From a virus (lineage: Duplodnaviria; Caudoviricetes): a stretch of DNA of 64,000 nt. Location of the stretch: positions 1 through 64,000 of the IMG/VR virus record IMGVR_UViG_3300028591_000129. One strand, written 5' to 3'. The translations under genes and the position numbers were made by a program. This document shows positions 1-10,173 of the stretch, piece by piece (the first letter of the stretch is position 1; every line of letters begins with the position of its first letter). The notes beneath the pieces are model-generated. The model saw nothing but the letters and a program-made list of their open reading frames with translations. It had not been told where the DNA came from and did not search any database.

Positions 1-216
1 CCATACAAATGTCTTTATCAAGAATCCCATTATGATATGCCTTGATAGCGTTCTTGTCTCCGTCGTAGAGAAACACGCCACGCTTATTCGTGACCTTAAC
101 AGTCTCCCCGCCGATACAACCTAAAAATGTCTCTAATGTCATTTGATTTCCCCTCTCTATGAGTTTTTAATGTACCTTTACAATAACATTGTAAGTATAT
201 ATTGTCAAGCACTAAT

Positions 217-495
217 TTACGTGTTTTCGTCGGTCATTTCTGCACCGCACTCGGGACAGAATGCGCTCAACTGTTCAATCACACGCCCGCCAACTGTTAG
301 CACCCTGTCGGCTATATGCCCACAATTCGAGCACCTGTATCTCTTACGGTCTTTCACCCACTCTGCATTCACCCACGCACCCTGTTCCTCGCAGATACCC
401 TTGGCGCTCATTGTATCCTTGAAGTATAAGCGAACTTCTTCGCCTATCTGATATTCAGGCACGCGTACGTGGATTACACCGTTAACCTCTTTCAT
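217..495 (-). CDS. Zn-ribbon hypothetical protein
   Basis: CSNCG...FCPECGAEM; start set at ATG 495 after GGAGG. Confidence 0.6.
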   Translation of the reverse strand: MKEVNGVIHVRVPEYQIGEEVRLYFKDTMSAKGICEEQGAWVNAEWVKDRKRYRCSNCGHIADRVLTVGGRVIEQLSAFCPECGAEMTDENT

Positions 496-1427
496 TCTCT
501 GCCTCCTCATAACCGTCATATTCAAATACACGGCAAGTTCCTTCAGGATTAAGACAGGTTTCTCCATAATCTTTATCATAATGCTTACAAGAGGAACATT
601 TATCTTTTTCAAGAGCCTTGATAGCAAGGTCAAAAGCAACGTCTGCTCCATTTGTCCAAGTTATCTGTGGTGTGTTTTTAATATGAGTTAATATCTCAAT
701 GGCTTCTTTGTTAGTCATTTCTGTATCTCCTTTAACTCTGTTCCGTCATACTCGCAATAGACAACATCTCGATAATGCCTACCACATTCAGGGCAGAACA
801 TATTAGCGGAATAGTACTTTTTACTTGCAGATACCCCAAAACAAAAACCAATAAGGATAGCAAGTATAATAGTAATAATTCTTTCAACGTGGTCACTCAT
901 TCTCTGCCTCCTCCTGTTTGGGATAATATACAACCATATCACCGTTTTTTAGCCATATAGTCATTCCTTCTTTATCTGCTTGAAACACCTCATTAGATTT
1001 ATTCGTATAAGTAAATCCTAAAATATCAGTTTCTTTGGTAGGCTTACTTGGTTCAAATTCTTTGTTTTTGGAATACTTATATAAATCCAAAAACTCGTCA
1101 CGATGACTTAATATACTCATTCTCTGCCTCCTTATCAAAACACTTTTCTTTTGCCACATTCTTTGCATACCCACATAGCACGAGCTAAAGAACCATACTT
1201 CATTACTGTTGGGATATGTCTATTTCCTCTAATCCATTGATGTTCAATGCACTTCCTCATTCTCTTCCGCCTCCTCCTGTTTGGGATAATATACAACCAT
1301 ATCACCGTTTTTTAGCCATATAGTCATACCCCACTTTTTGTCCTTTTCAAATAACTCGTGGCATACAGGTCTATAATCGTCTACCTCTGCTAAAGGGAAA
1401 GACTCGTGAAACTTATTCAAACATTCT

Positions 1428-1769
1428 TTAAATGTCATTCTCTGCCTCCTTCTTCATCTTTGCTCCGCAATTGGGGCAGTAATTCATATCATTATCAGCG
1501 GGTGTGCCTTCCATCAAACTCCAAGGATTACCACAATTCGAACATTCATATGTACCCTCTCCAAAAATATTAGTATTCTCTATCCACTCGCCTTGCGGTC
1601 TATCTTCATAAGGTGTACCGTTCTTGATAGAACCAAGTGTCTTAAATAACAACATTGTCTTTAATCTATCTTCGGGTGTCTGTAAGAACATTGTTTCCTC
1701 ACATTCGGTAAAAGTAGTGTCCATAATCATCGAATAAGCGTCCATAGGAATATCAATTATCAGCTTCAT
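1428..1769 (-). CDS. Zn-ribbon hypothetical protein
   Basis: GEWIE...YECSNCG...NYCPNCGAKM. Confidence 0.7.
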   Translation of the reverse strand: MKLIIDIPMDAYSMIMDTTFTECEETMFLQTPEDRLKTMLLFKTLGSIKNGTPYEDRPQGEWIENTNIFGEGTYECSNCGNPWSLMEGTPADNDMNYCPNCGAKMKKEAENDI

Positions 1770-1915
1770 TAGTCACCTCCTGTAAAGGGCAATCTGATAA
1801 TTTTGTGGTATATTGATTTGTTATATTTTTAAATAGATAATAGCAGTAGGGCTGTGCGGTAAAATTTTTAATTGCGATGAATGGACAACAATCACAACAA
1901 TCCGGCATTTCCATA

Positions 1916-2254
1916 TCAATTTGTACCATCTGATATACCTCGCATATATGCACCACAGTTAGGGCAGAAGTTATCTATCAAGTGTAATTCATAAGGCTGT
2001 CCGTCTATCCAAGGCAAATCGGAATGTCTGATACCTCTTTCGTACCTGTGGAAACCTGCCTTACACTTCGAGCATTTTACAAAGCCAAGTTTAGACATTT
2101 CTTCGCTTGTATGTTCTATCCACTCGCCTTGCGGTCTTTCCTCATAAGGTGTGCCATTTGCGATAAGGCTCTGCTCAACCGTTGCCACCATATTTTTATT
2201 CCATTCCTTATAAGCCTCGTAAGCTATTTCAGGAATATCAATTATTAGTTTCAT
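1916..2254 (-). CDS. Zn-ribbon hypothetical protein, paralog of 1428..1769
   Basis: MKLIIDIP...GTPYEERPQGEWIE...CSKC...CPNCGA. Confidence 0.7.
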   Translation of the reverse strand: MKLIIDIPEIAYEAYKEWNKNMVATVEQSLIANGTPYEERPQGEWIEHTSEEMSKLGFVKCSKCKAGFHRYERGIRHSDLPWIDGQPYELHLIDNFCPNCGAYMRGISDGTN

Positions 2255-4305
2255 TCTCTACCTCCTTATCAATTTCCCAATCGCAAGGGTTCTTATCAAC
2301 TAACATACAACTAACATAGTGTTCGTCATAATCTACGGTTCTACCAAACACACACCGCCTGCATTGTGTTTTCTCGCAATACTTCTTTATTGCCGTTATT
2401 GCTTTAATCGGTGGTCTGCTCATTAATATCCTCCTCTAACTCGTTCTCTTTAATCGCCTTGATAATATCCGTAACAGGCATATCGCTTGCGTCAATGACC
2501 GCCTGTATTGCGTCATTCCAACCTCGCTTGTAAATATCAAAATGAGCAACTTCGTGTTCTCTTAAAAGCACCTCGGTAGTCACATACTTGAACCCATAAA
2601 GCCTCGACACCAAATTAAGAGCCTTGATAGCAAGGTTAAGTGCTTCAATATGTTTAAAGGTAACATTCCTTCCATCTTCTTCTATTTCTTGAATTAGTTT
2701 AATAGCGTCTTTATTAGTCATTCTTCTCACCCCCCTTTACCAAGCCCAAATCAGCTCTTCATAAAAACTATCATATTCAGAATGAGCCCTATTTAGCTTA
2801 TAAGTATCGGTATCTTTACTTGATTGTATCGAGTGAGGTTCGTAATAAATATCAGGAGTTTCCATTCTGATACTCTGTATATCTGCTAAAAGTTTAATAG
2901 CTTCTTTATTAGTCATTCTTCTTCTCCTTTATTCTTATTTATGAACTCCCAGTATGCCTGCTTCGTGTATGCAATATTGAGTTCCTTATTCTTATCCTTA
3001 GCGATAGATTTAGCATACTCAATCTGTTTTTCTGTCGGTGCGTCATACTGATTATCAGTAGTTTCTAACGGGCAATCTCCTGACCGTTCTAAAGCAGTCC
3101 CCCAAAGACTGATTTGATATGGGGTAAGTAAGCACCCACAATCTTCTTCCCAATCTCCACCATAGTAGTAAGGGCATTCCACACAACTTCTTGGTAAGGG
3201 TGACATCGTAATATGTACGTTATACCCATTAAAATCCATCATTCTTCTCCTTCGTCATCTTTGCTCCGCATTTCGGGCAAAAAAGTTCCGTGAATATGCA
3301 ACCAACTTCCTACCGAATTGTCACTCATTTCTCAAGTCCTCGGTCTTTCATATACTCGTCAATAGCGGACACAAACTCTGTTCGATTTTTCCACACACCA
3401 CAATACTTGATTACCTTGAGGTCGTTCCCGTGAGTATTAACCTTATACCATAGTTCAAAGTCCTCAAGTATCTTTCTGATAAGTGCAGGCGGTATCTTAA
3501 TGCGTGGTCTCATTTCATATCCAATCATATTCGCTCTCCTTACATTAACTCGTCAGGAATGTCCGATATAGCGTCCCATTCCCACTCTCTGTACTTATCC
3601 TGTATCTCTTCGTATCTTTCCTCAATCTCTTCGTCAGAAAGCTTTTCCAAGATATTTCTATCCATTGCGCCCCAAAGAGCATTTTCTATGAAGTCCTTTT
3701 TCTCCTGAATGGTCATACCGCTTCCCCCTTGATACCAAAGTACGCCATAACCACGTCAGTCGTTAAAAACCAACGCTCCACGTCGTCTGCAAACTCCCAC
3801 ATAAGATACCAATTATCCTTAACGCGCTTGAGATAGTATTCTCCGTAACGGTGCTCGATAACCCTGCCCCAACCCAAGTCGTACCAATGGTTTCCATTAC
3901 GATACTGATGGAATACGTAGAACATATTGTAATTGGGTGTTCCTGCAAGCGCCTCAGTCATAGCGTTGAAACGCTGAATGTCTTCTTTTGTAACGATTAC
4001 TCTTGCCATACTTGCACCCCCTTAAATAAGATAGTCAGGCTCAAGCCCGAGCATTTCTGCAAATACGTCCTCCGCCTCAAGGAATTCACCACGGGCAATG
4101 CAAGCGCGTACCTCTGCCATTGTCTCCTTGAGCTCCGCTCTTGCTTCTTCCCTTGTAAGCCCGTCGCGCTCCATAAGGATATTAATGATTTCTCTCTTCT
4201 GCATTTGTTAACCACCTCTCTATGAGTTATTTGAGTTTTCTTGGGGTCTTCCCCCGTTTCTGTCAATAGATTATCACAGTGGTAATTACTTGTCAAGCAC
4301 TAAAA

Positions 4306-5613
4306 TCAGAATACGTCGGTATTACTCTTCTTGGGCTTACCGACACTGACATTATTATCACCGCTACTCTTTCTCCTGCCTGTTCTTCCTCTGTCACTGT
4401 CAAGGAATGTCCATACACCCGTGTTAATATCGCACGAGTAATGCAGATTGACGTTGAACTCACCGTCTCTGTGCTTCTTGACACCCATTTCAAAGACGCC
4501 GTTCATTTTCTGTCCTAAAGCTATCGCTTTACTTGCGTTATACACAATACCGTCACTGTCTCGTATGCTGTCCAATTCAGGTGTACCGTCTTCGTCTGCA
4601 CCTATGACACCTGTTCTGTTAACCTGTACAACAGCGACAACGGGTATTCCCATTTCTACGGAAAGCTCCATAAGGTCTTCGCTGATATTCGTGAGTGACG
4701 TTGTCTTGTTATCTCCCTTACGCCCACGCTCGTCAGACAAATATGAGATACCGTCAATCGCTATCATATCAAGCTTATTCTGCTTAACCCAATTACGTAT
4801 CCTGCTGACCGTGACTTTCCTGTCAAAGTCAATAGGCGTTGAGACTATAAACGGGTGATTTTTATTGTTCTTTGTAAGCTCTTCGATATGCTCTCTGTAC
4901 TTATCTTCGTCCAAGTCACCGTTACCGTATAACAAACCCTTGTTACTGAAATTACGAAGCACCGTATCAAATCGGAAGCCTACCTTATTCGCTGACATTT
5001 CAGGTGAGATATAACCAACGTTAAATCCTGTCTTCCATACGTGTGCACATATCTTTGCGAGCATCCAAGATTTACCGACACCCGTACGCGCAAAGATAAC
5101 CAAGAATTCCTCACCACGCTGTAATCCGTGAATGACCTCGTCCAACTCGGGGAAGCCTGTCTCAAAATACCACTTCTTTTGATTTTCCTTACGCTCGATA
5201 TGCTCTGTAAGTCTGTCTGACGCCTGCGCGATAATGTCCGTACCGCCGATATAGTAGTTAGGCTGTAAGACGTGCTTTTGGCTCTCCAAATACTCATTGG
5301 CGGCGTTACTGTCCACTCTTAACAAGCGCTCGAATTCCTGCAACACAGGGACGGACACGGAATACAGATATTCCTCTTTGATTGTCTCTATGAGATACTT
5401 GTCACTCTCAAAAACGTCAAATAACTCAATAGTCGGAAAGTGTGCCAAGAATGTCTCTTTGTCGGGCACATTACCGTATTTATCCTTGTGCTCTTCAATG
5501 AACTTGAACTCTTCCCTATACTCACTAAAATGGTCTTCCGTGAGTAAATTATCGGTGATTATACTATCGTCTCGCGTTTGCAAGACCTTGGATAAAATCT
5601 GAAGTTGCACCAT
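4306..5613 (-). CDS. DnaB-like replicative helicase
   Basis: TGFPELD, Walker A ARTGVGKS, ISPEM, Walker B IAIDG, VQVNR, SIRDSDG, KHRDG motifs. Confidence 0.92.
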   Translation of the reverse strand: MVQLQILSKVLQTRDDSIITDNLLTEDHFSEYREEFKFIEEHKDKYGNVPDKETFLAHFPTIELFDVFESDKYLIETIKEEYLYSVSVPVLQEFERLLRVDSNAANEYLESQKHVLQPNYYIGGTDIIAQASDRLTEHIERKENQKKWYFETGFPELDEVIHGLQRGEEFLVIFARTGVGKSWMLAKICAHVWKTGFNVGYISPEMSANKVGFRFDTVLRNFSNKGLLYGNGDLDEDKYREHIEELTKNNKNHPFIVSTPIDFDRKVTVSRIRNWVKQNKLDMIAIDGISYLSDERGRKGDNKTTSLTNISEDLMELSVEMGIPVVAVVQVNRTGVIGADEDGTPELDSIRDSDGIVYNASKAIALGQKMNGVFEMGVKKHRDGEFNVNLHYSCDINTGVWTFLDSDRGRTGRRKSSGDNNVSVGKPKKSNTDVF

Positions 5614-5636
5614 AATTTATGTCCTCTGTTGCTATA

Positions 5637-6317
5637 TTATCTACGCTCCGAGCCCTTGAACTCGATTACCTCTGTCTTACTGTTCCACATACGGCTTGCT
5701 ATCTTTGCCCCCAACGCTTTCTCAACGTCTTCCCTGCTTACAAGGTTGCCTGTGAATATGTTAGACAGTCCGTTAAAGTCTCGTGCGTCTAACACGGCTA
5801 ATAACTGCGAATAATCGTATTGTGTCATAGACGCACCTGCAATGTCGTCCCATACGACCAAGTCAAGGTCAAGCAACTGTCTCTTAATCTCTTCGAACTC
5901 GGGGTCGTCATTCTTAAAGTCCTTACACTTCAACAAGAATGTAGGAACGTGCACAATCCTCGCCGTCGGCTTGAACGTGTTGAACTCCCAAGTTTTCTCG
6001 AAGTACTTCATTAAAAGCTTCAGCGACCAGCTCGTCTTACCGTTTCCCACTTGAGCACTTGTGATATACAGGCTCTTACCCTCTTCAACGAAAATATCAA
6101 TACTGTCCTTAATCTCTGCAAGCCTCTTAAATGCCTCGTAATCACATACTTCAGGCTGTAAGAGTAATGGCTTACGCTTGTTAATAGGAATACCGCTGTT
6201 CTCCATTAAATAGCTCATTTTAATGTACTTGGCACAATGCATACGGCAGTCTTGGTCAGCGTCAACTTCCCAATAATCACTGCATACATTCTTGTACCAA
6301 CATTCAGAATTGCTCAT
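5637..6317 (-). CDS. DnaC/IstB-like helicase loader ATPase
   Basis: Walker A VGNGKTS, Walker B LVVWDD, IFTGNL, IASRM; between initiator and helicase. Confidence 0.88.
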   Translation of the reverse strand: MSNSECWYKNVCSDYWEVDADQDCRMHCAKYIKMSYLMENSGIPINKRKPLLLQPEVCDYEAFKRLAEIKDSIDIFVEEGKSLYITSAQVGNGKTSWSLKLLMKYFEKTWEFNTFKPTARIVHVPTFLLKCKDFKNDDPEFEEIKRQLLDLDLVVWDDIAGASMTQYDYSQLLAVLDARDFNGLSNIFTGNLVSREDVEKALGAKIASRMWNSKTEVIEFKGSERR

Positions 6318-7149
6318 TTACTAACTCACCTCTTGTCCCACCTGTATGGACGTGTCCATACTCACTGAATATATCCTTACCGCCGTTAAATGTCCCTGAC
6401 GGTTTATTGTTATCGTACTTTCCCTCAAGAATTGATACGAACTTGTTCTCCCTTAAGATAAAATCTATGTCAGCTTTCCAACCTCTGTCATTTCTACCTG
6501 TACAAAAGTCAGACGCCTCTGCTTTATTGAACACCTGCAATATGTCTTCATTAGAATATTTCTTGAGTATCTTGGCAATAGATTTTCTCCTGCTGTTCGT
6601 AACCTTTGCACACTTGGGTAATGACTTGCAAATCTCGTTATAGTCATTAACAAAATTGTCAATATCTTTTGACTGAATGGGGTTACTCTTAATATTAGTA
6701 TTTATACTAATATTCTCTAATTTATTATAGGTATCTAATGTATTATTAGACGTCACTTCAGAATGACGTGGGCACGTCACTTCAGAATGACCTGCAATCT
6801 CGTTTTCTTGCCTTGGCACGTCATTTGTGAGTGACGTGGCGTCTACCGTAAGAGAATAATAAGACATAGTCCCTGTATGCAGTTTTACACTCGTGGACAT
6901 TATCATTCCTTTCTTCTTAAGATTAAGTAATCGGTTTTTAAGTGTTCCCTCTGAAATATCCAATATTGGCAAGTCTTCGTGTATCTTCTTATGTGACAGC
7001 CATACGTAGGATACGTCGTCAACGATAACGTGCTTCATATCAGGTGTTCCGTTCGCACGTTGAATATAGTCAAGTAATATGAGGTCGGTGACGTCTAAAC
7101 CTAACTCTATTGCGTCCTGTTGTTTAAACCCAATTAGTGTGTATCGCAT
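6304..7149 (-). CDS. Phage replication initiator (N-terminal wHTH, internal iterons)
   Basis: N-terminal HTH-like region, low-complexity linker with DNA repeats, C-terminal GWKADIDFIL...ILEGKYD motif; upstream of loader and helicase. Confidence 0.8.
   Translation of the reverse strand: MRYTLIGFKQQDAIELGLDVTDLILLDYIQRANGTPDMKHVIVDDVSYVWLSHKKIHEDLPILDISEGTLKNRLLNLKKKGMIMSTSVKLHTGTMSYYSLTVDATSLTNDVPRQENEIAGHSEVTCPRHSEVTSNNTLDTYNKLENISINTNIKSNPIQSKDIDNFVNDYNEICKSLPKCAKVTNSRRKSIAKILKKYSNEDILQVFNKAEASDFCTGRNDRGWKADIDFILRENKFVSILEGKYDNNKPSGTFNGGKDIFSEYGHVHTGGTRGELVNEQF
6680..6838. repeat. Putative replication origin: iterons plus AT-rich tract
   Basis: ACGTCACTTCAGAATGAC at 6750-6767 and 6774-6791; related palindrome CACGTCA..TGACGTG at 6817-6838; AT-rich 6680-6750. 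Confidence 0.65.
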
Positions 7150-7199
7150 TGTCTCATACCCCTCTTAATTTATTTAATCAAAGCATATTTTGTGGTAGT

Positions 7200-7250
7200 A
7201 AAAAGCTCGACACAGATAGTTGTGTGAGAACTATCCGCACCGAGCTTTTT
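7200..7250 (-). terminator. Intrinsic terminator/attenuator in the leader of the replication operon
   Basis: Stem AAAAGCTCGGTGCGGATAGTT / AACTATCTGTGTCGAGCTTTT with loop CTCACAC and a U-tract on the minus strand. Confidence 0.7.
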
Positions 7251-7405
7251 GTTTTGCTTTTACCGTATTCGGTTACACGGTATACGATTATACACCTCAC
7301 ACCTGCATAACCGATACGGCTGAAGACTACTTTACACGAACGGTGTCGTTAGCGAGCCTCGGTTGAGGGCTATTGACACAAGTAATGTTGTCTCACAGCA
7401 ATTTT

Positions 7406-7434
7406 ATGATAGCACGCTCACGCGTGATTATCAA
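7406..7434 (-). promoter_or_regulatory. sigma-A-type promoter for the replication operon
   Basis: TTGATA-17 bp-TATCAT with TG extension. Confidence 0.55.
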
Positions 7435-7640
7435 CCCTCGTTCTTTGTGTTTACCGCGATAATATCGTCAACCTGATTTTCTATCTCGGTAATTACAGTC
7501 TCCCAAAGCTTTGCTCTCTCGTCTTCGATATTATCGTCCTTTTCTACGGCTCTCTCTTCCGTATATTCTACGGTAAAGAAGTCGTTCTTAATCTTGGTAG
7601 ACATACGATAAGTCGCTTTGATAGTTGTTGTTTTTGCCAC
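7431..7640 (-). CDS. Hypothetical protein
   Basis: ORF with SD, coupled to the upstream gene. Confidence 0.65.
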   Translation of the reverse strand: MAKTTTIKATYRMSTKIKNDFFTVEYTEERAVEKDDNIEDERAKLWETVITEIENQVDDIIAVNTKNEG

Positions 7641-7643
7641 GTC

Positions 7644-7952
7644 TTACTCCCCCTTTCTGTCTCTGTAAATGTACCTCTTGGAATTAGTGGCATATTTCTG
7701 TGTCTCTGCCCCCATAATCCCATATCTTCCGTGTGGGATACGGTTCTTGAACTCAATTATCTTCCACACGTCAGAGTACTTCCAATACCTTGTTCGCCTG
7801 CCACCCTCTTGCAGTATGAAGTCAGGCAATAACTGCGCTAACTCATTGTCAGGGTTAGCGTCACGCCACCTGTACCACGTGGTGATTGTCTGTATGCTCG
7901 CGTCAACCAACATTGATAATTCAGGCGCTTTTATAAGTCTGTCCTCTGCCAT
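7644..7952 (-). CDS. Putative HTH DNA-binding protein (MerR/excisionase-like)
   Basis: ELSMLVDASIQTITTW...GRRTRYWKYSDV resembles wHTH with an RYW wing. Confidence 0.55.
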   Translation of the reverse strand: MAEDRLIKAPELSMLVDASIQTITTWYRWRDANPDNELAQLLPDFILQEGGRRTRYWKYSDVWKIIEFKNRIPHGRYGIMGAETQKYATNSKRYIYRDRKGE

Positions 7953-8069
7953 TGTGTACCCCCTTTCCTACTTGGTAAACATTTGCAATATCCGTTCCAT
8001 ATAGTGATAACAACATAGTATCGAATATGTAAACATTATATACTGCGTTAAAAACATTGTCAATAATGT

Positions 8070-8546
8070 TTATGCGACCTGTGTGTCGTTAAGCTTCCAC
8101 ACAATGCTCACATTTCTGTCACAGTGATACCCCTCGGTACGTCTGAAACGCGGGAATTTTGCACCACATTTAGGGCATATACCAATGTACTTGTACGGGA
8201 TTGTATTTACGTCGCCACCTCTTTTTATGGACGTGTAACAACGCTCACCGTCGCCACCAAGTCTGATACATTCACGTCTCCACACTCTGTCGTGGTGGTG
8301 TGACGGCGTGTTAGCGTGCGCTATCTCGTGAATTACGGTTTTTCTTACCGTCTCCCAATCGTTTTGCATTGCGAGTGGCTTACTAATGCTGATAATGAAC
8401 CCGCCATATCTTCCTGTGTCTCGATTGTATTTATATGCGCAGTGTCCGAACGCACTTCGCGCGTTGCTCCACTTAAACTTTGTGCCTCTCGGGGCGTGCT
8501 CTGCAATGAGTGCTCTGATTTCTTTTTCCATTTGCTCAATAGTCAT
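8070..8546 (-). CDS. SprT-like zinc metalloprotease
   Basis: TVIHEIAH, HDRVW, C-terminal CPKC; own TTGACA promoter. Confidence 0.85.
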   Translation of the reverse strand: MTIEQMEKEIRALIAEHAPRGTKFKWSNARSAFGHCAYKYNRDTGRYGGFIISISKPLAMQNDWETVRKTVIHEIAHANTPSHHHDRVWRRECIRLGGDGERCYTSIKRGGDVNTIPYKYIGICPKCGAKFPRFRRTEGYHCDRNVSIVWKLNDTQVA

Positions 8547-8618
8547 ATGCTTTCTCCTTTTATGAGTTTGATTTACTCTTTTATGATAACATAGTAAGTA
8601 CAATTTGTCAAGCAGAGG

Positions 8619-8646
8619 TTAGGGGGCTGTGTGACCAACCCCCTAA
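8619..8646. terminator. Hairpin/terminator downstream of 8681..9100
   Basis: TTAGGGGG...CCCCCTAA inverted repeat. Confidence 0.5.
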
Positions 8647-8680
8647 AAGATAAGGAAAAATATGATATGAGTAGAGTGAC

Positions 8681-9100
8681 TTATGAATTGTTCTCGGGCG
8701 GGAATTTAGACTGTGCAACTCTTGCGGGTGCTGAAGCTACCAAGTTACAGGAAAGCCCCTTTGCCCTGTATCGTCTTCCGTTGTCGTCGTATACATAGAA
8801 TATCTCGTCTTGTACGCTTCCGAAGTATCCCTCAAAAGTAACGCCGTCGTGAGGAAGTTGTACCATATGGCTTGGCACGGGCGCGGTAAGCACCCACCAT
8901 AAATCTTCATACTCTTTAGCGTCTCTGCACTGTCCGATATTAAGCGTATAGTTATAATACGTTCCGATAACTTCACGGTGCAATACGCCGTCTTGAGTAC
9001 GCGTAGCCTCAAGGTCGAGAATATCGCCCTTACGTTTAAGCTGTACAATCGGTACGTCAAACTCTCTGCCGTCTATAATCAATTTCTTTGAAGTAGGCAT
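8681..9100 (-). CDS. Probable distal-tail (Dit-like) protein, displaced from the tail module
   Basis: 139 aa, LIIDG...ATRTQDGVLHREVIGTYYNY...TFEGYFG pattern resembles the small protein usually encoded right after the tape measure. Confidence 0.5.
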   Translation of the reverse strand: MPTSKKLIIDGREFDVPIVQLKRKGDILDLEATRTQDGVLHREVIGTYYNYTLNIGQCRDAKEYEDLWWVLTAPVPSHMVQLPHDGVTFEGYFGSVQDEIFYVYDDNGRRYRAKGLSCNLVASAPARVAQSKFPPENNS

Positions 9101-9128
9101 AGTCTGTCCCCCTCTTTACGATTATAAC

Positions 9129-9159
9129 AAAAAGCGGATAGCTTTTACACTATCCGCTT
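9129..9159 (-). terminator. Intrinsic terminator ending the CCC cassette
   Basis: AAGCGGATAG / CTATCCGCTT stem followed by a T-run on the minus strand. Confidence 0.7.
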
Positions 9160-9215
9160 CTCGCTTGTTAAGAAGTAGATACCCATATGGATATATGGAC
9201 ACCATAATTATACTA

Positions 9216-9689
9216 TCAACGCCTCATATGCTCAAGTGTCTTGCGGTATGCCTCACGTTCTTCGTCAGTACGTGCATTTCGCATAAGCTCTTCCATCTGC
9301 TCAATCATTTCGTCACGTCCGTGCTGACTATAACCGCCGTCACGACTTGTATAACGACCCATACTGTCACGACCTCTGCGATAAGCGCTGTCTTCACTGT
9401 ATCTGCCGTCGCTGTCACCGTCCCTGCCACGTCTACCGTCATAAGAAGTACGATAAGAGCCGTAAGCATTTGCATAATCCTCTGAATAGCCACGTGAATA
9501 GTCTCTCGCGTAATCACGGAAGTAGCCCTCGCTTTCTGCCTTATGCATTGCGTCAACAGTCGTAATGTCTTTGACTATGTCGACCATTTTGTAAATGTTC
9601 TCCAAGTCCATTGAGGTAATGTCGTCTTTCTTGGCAATGGTCTTAAGCTCGTCCTCAAGAATGTCCTGAATTTCATATAGAACTTTCAT
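9216..9689 (-). CDS. Hypothetical protein with Arg/Gly/Tyr/Ser-rich low-complexity centre
   Basis: Helical ends; RRGRDGDSDGRYS and RRGRDSMGRYTSRD repeats. Confidence 0.8.
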   Translation of the reverse strand: MKVLYEIQDILEDELKTIAKKDDITSMDLENIYKMVDIVKDITTVDAMHKAESEGYFRDYARDYSRGYSEDYANAYGSYRTSYDGRRGRDGDSDGRYSEDSAYRRGRDSMGRYTSRDGGYSQHGRDEMIEQMEELMRNARTDEEREAYRKTLEHMRR

Positions 9690-9705
9690 TTGCGTCTCTC
9701 CTTTC

Positions 9706-10158
9706 TCAAGCCACGCGAGTAATCACAAGGTTTGCGTTCTCCACTTCGATAGTGGGCGTGGGTGTTGTTGCAGGGTCGTCAACCGTCGCGTCTACGTATT
9801 CGACTGCCAACGAGAAGCAACAGCCCTTGGGCACTGTAACGATTGCTGTGCTCGTTACGTTTCCGAAAGTATCAACCGCCGACGGCACAAAGATAGCTCT
9901 GCTCGTCGGTCTCTGTTCGCCATTCACGGTAAGTGCGATAGCAATAGGTGTTACTGCACCGCCCGTAGGAATTGCGATATTTCCGTTAAACGTAATCTGA
10001 TAGCGTGCGAAGCAATTGTTAGTGATACCACGGAGAATAAAAATACCTGTTTCGTCCTCGTGATATACGCAACCACGAGTACACGGTATAGAAGCGGCAA
10101 AGATTACAGGTGCATTGAGTGCGACAAGCTGATTAGTGTTCGCTAAATATTCCGCCAT
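9706..10158 (-). CDS. Hypothetical beta-sandwich protein (BclA-CTD/C1q-like, tentative)
   Basis: Alternating hydrophobic beta pattern, ends NANLVITRVA. Confidence 0.7.
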   Translation of the reverse strand: MAEYLANTNQLVALNAPVIFAASIPCTRGCVYHEDETGIFILRGITNNCFARYQITFNGNIAIPTGGAVTPIAIALTVNGEQRPTSRAIFVPSAVDTFGNVTSTAIVTVPKGCCFSLAVEYVDATVDDPATTPTPTIEVENANLVITRVA

Positions 10159-10173
10159 AAGTATCACCTCACA

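Larger units (their letters stand above)
217..4204 (-). other. Cluster of ~16 small overlapping hypothetical phage ORFs, many with CxxC...CPxCG Zn-ribbon motifs
   Basis: Tightly coupled minus-strand ORFs with GGAGG-type SD sites; repeated protein blocks MTNKEAI, LAIKAL, MKLIIDIP, RPQGEWIE, CPxCGA, EEAENE. Confidence 0.7.
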
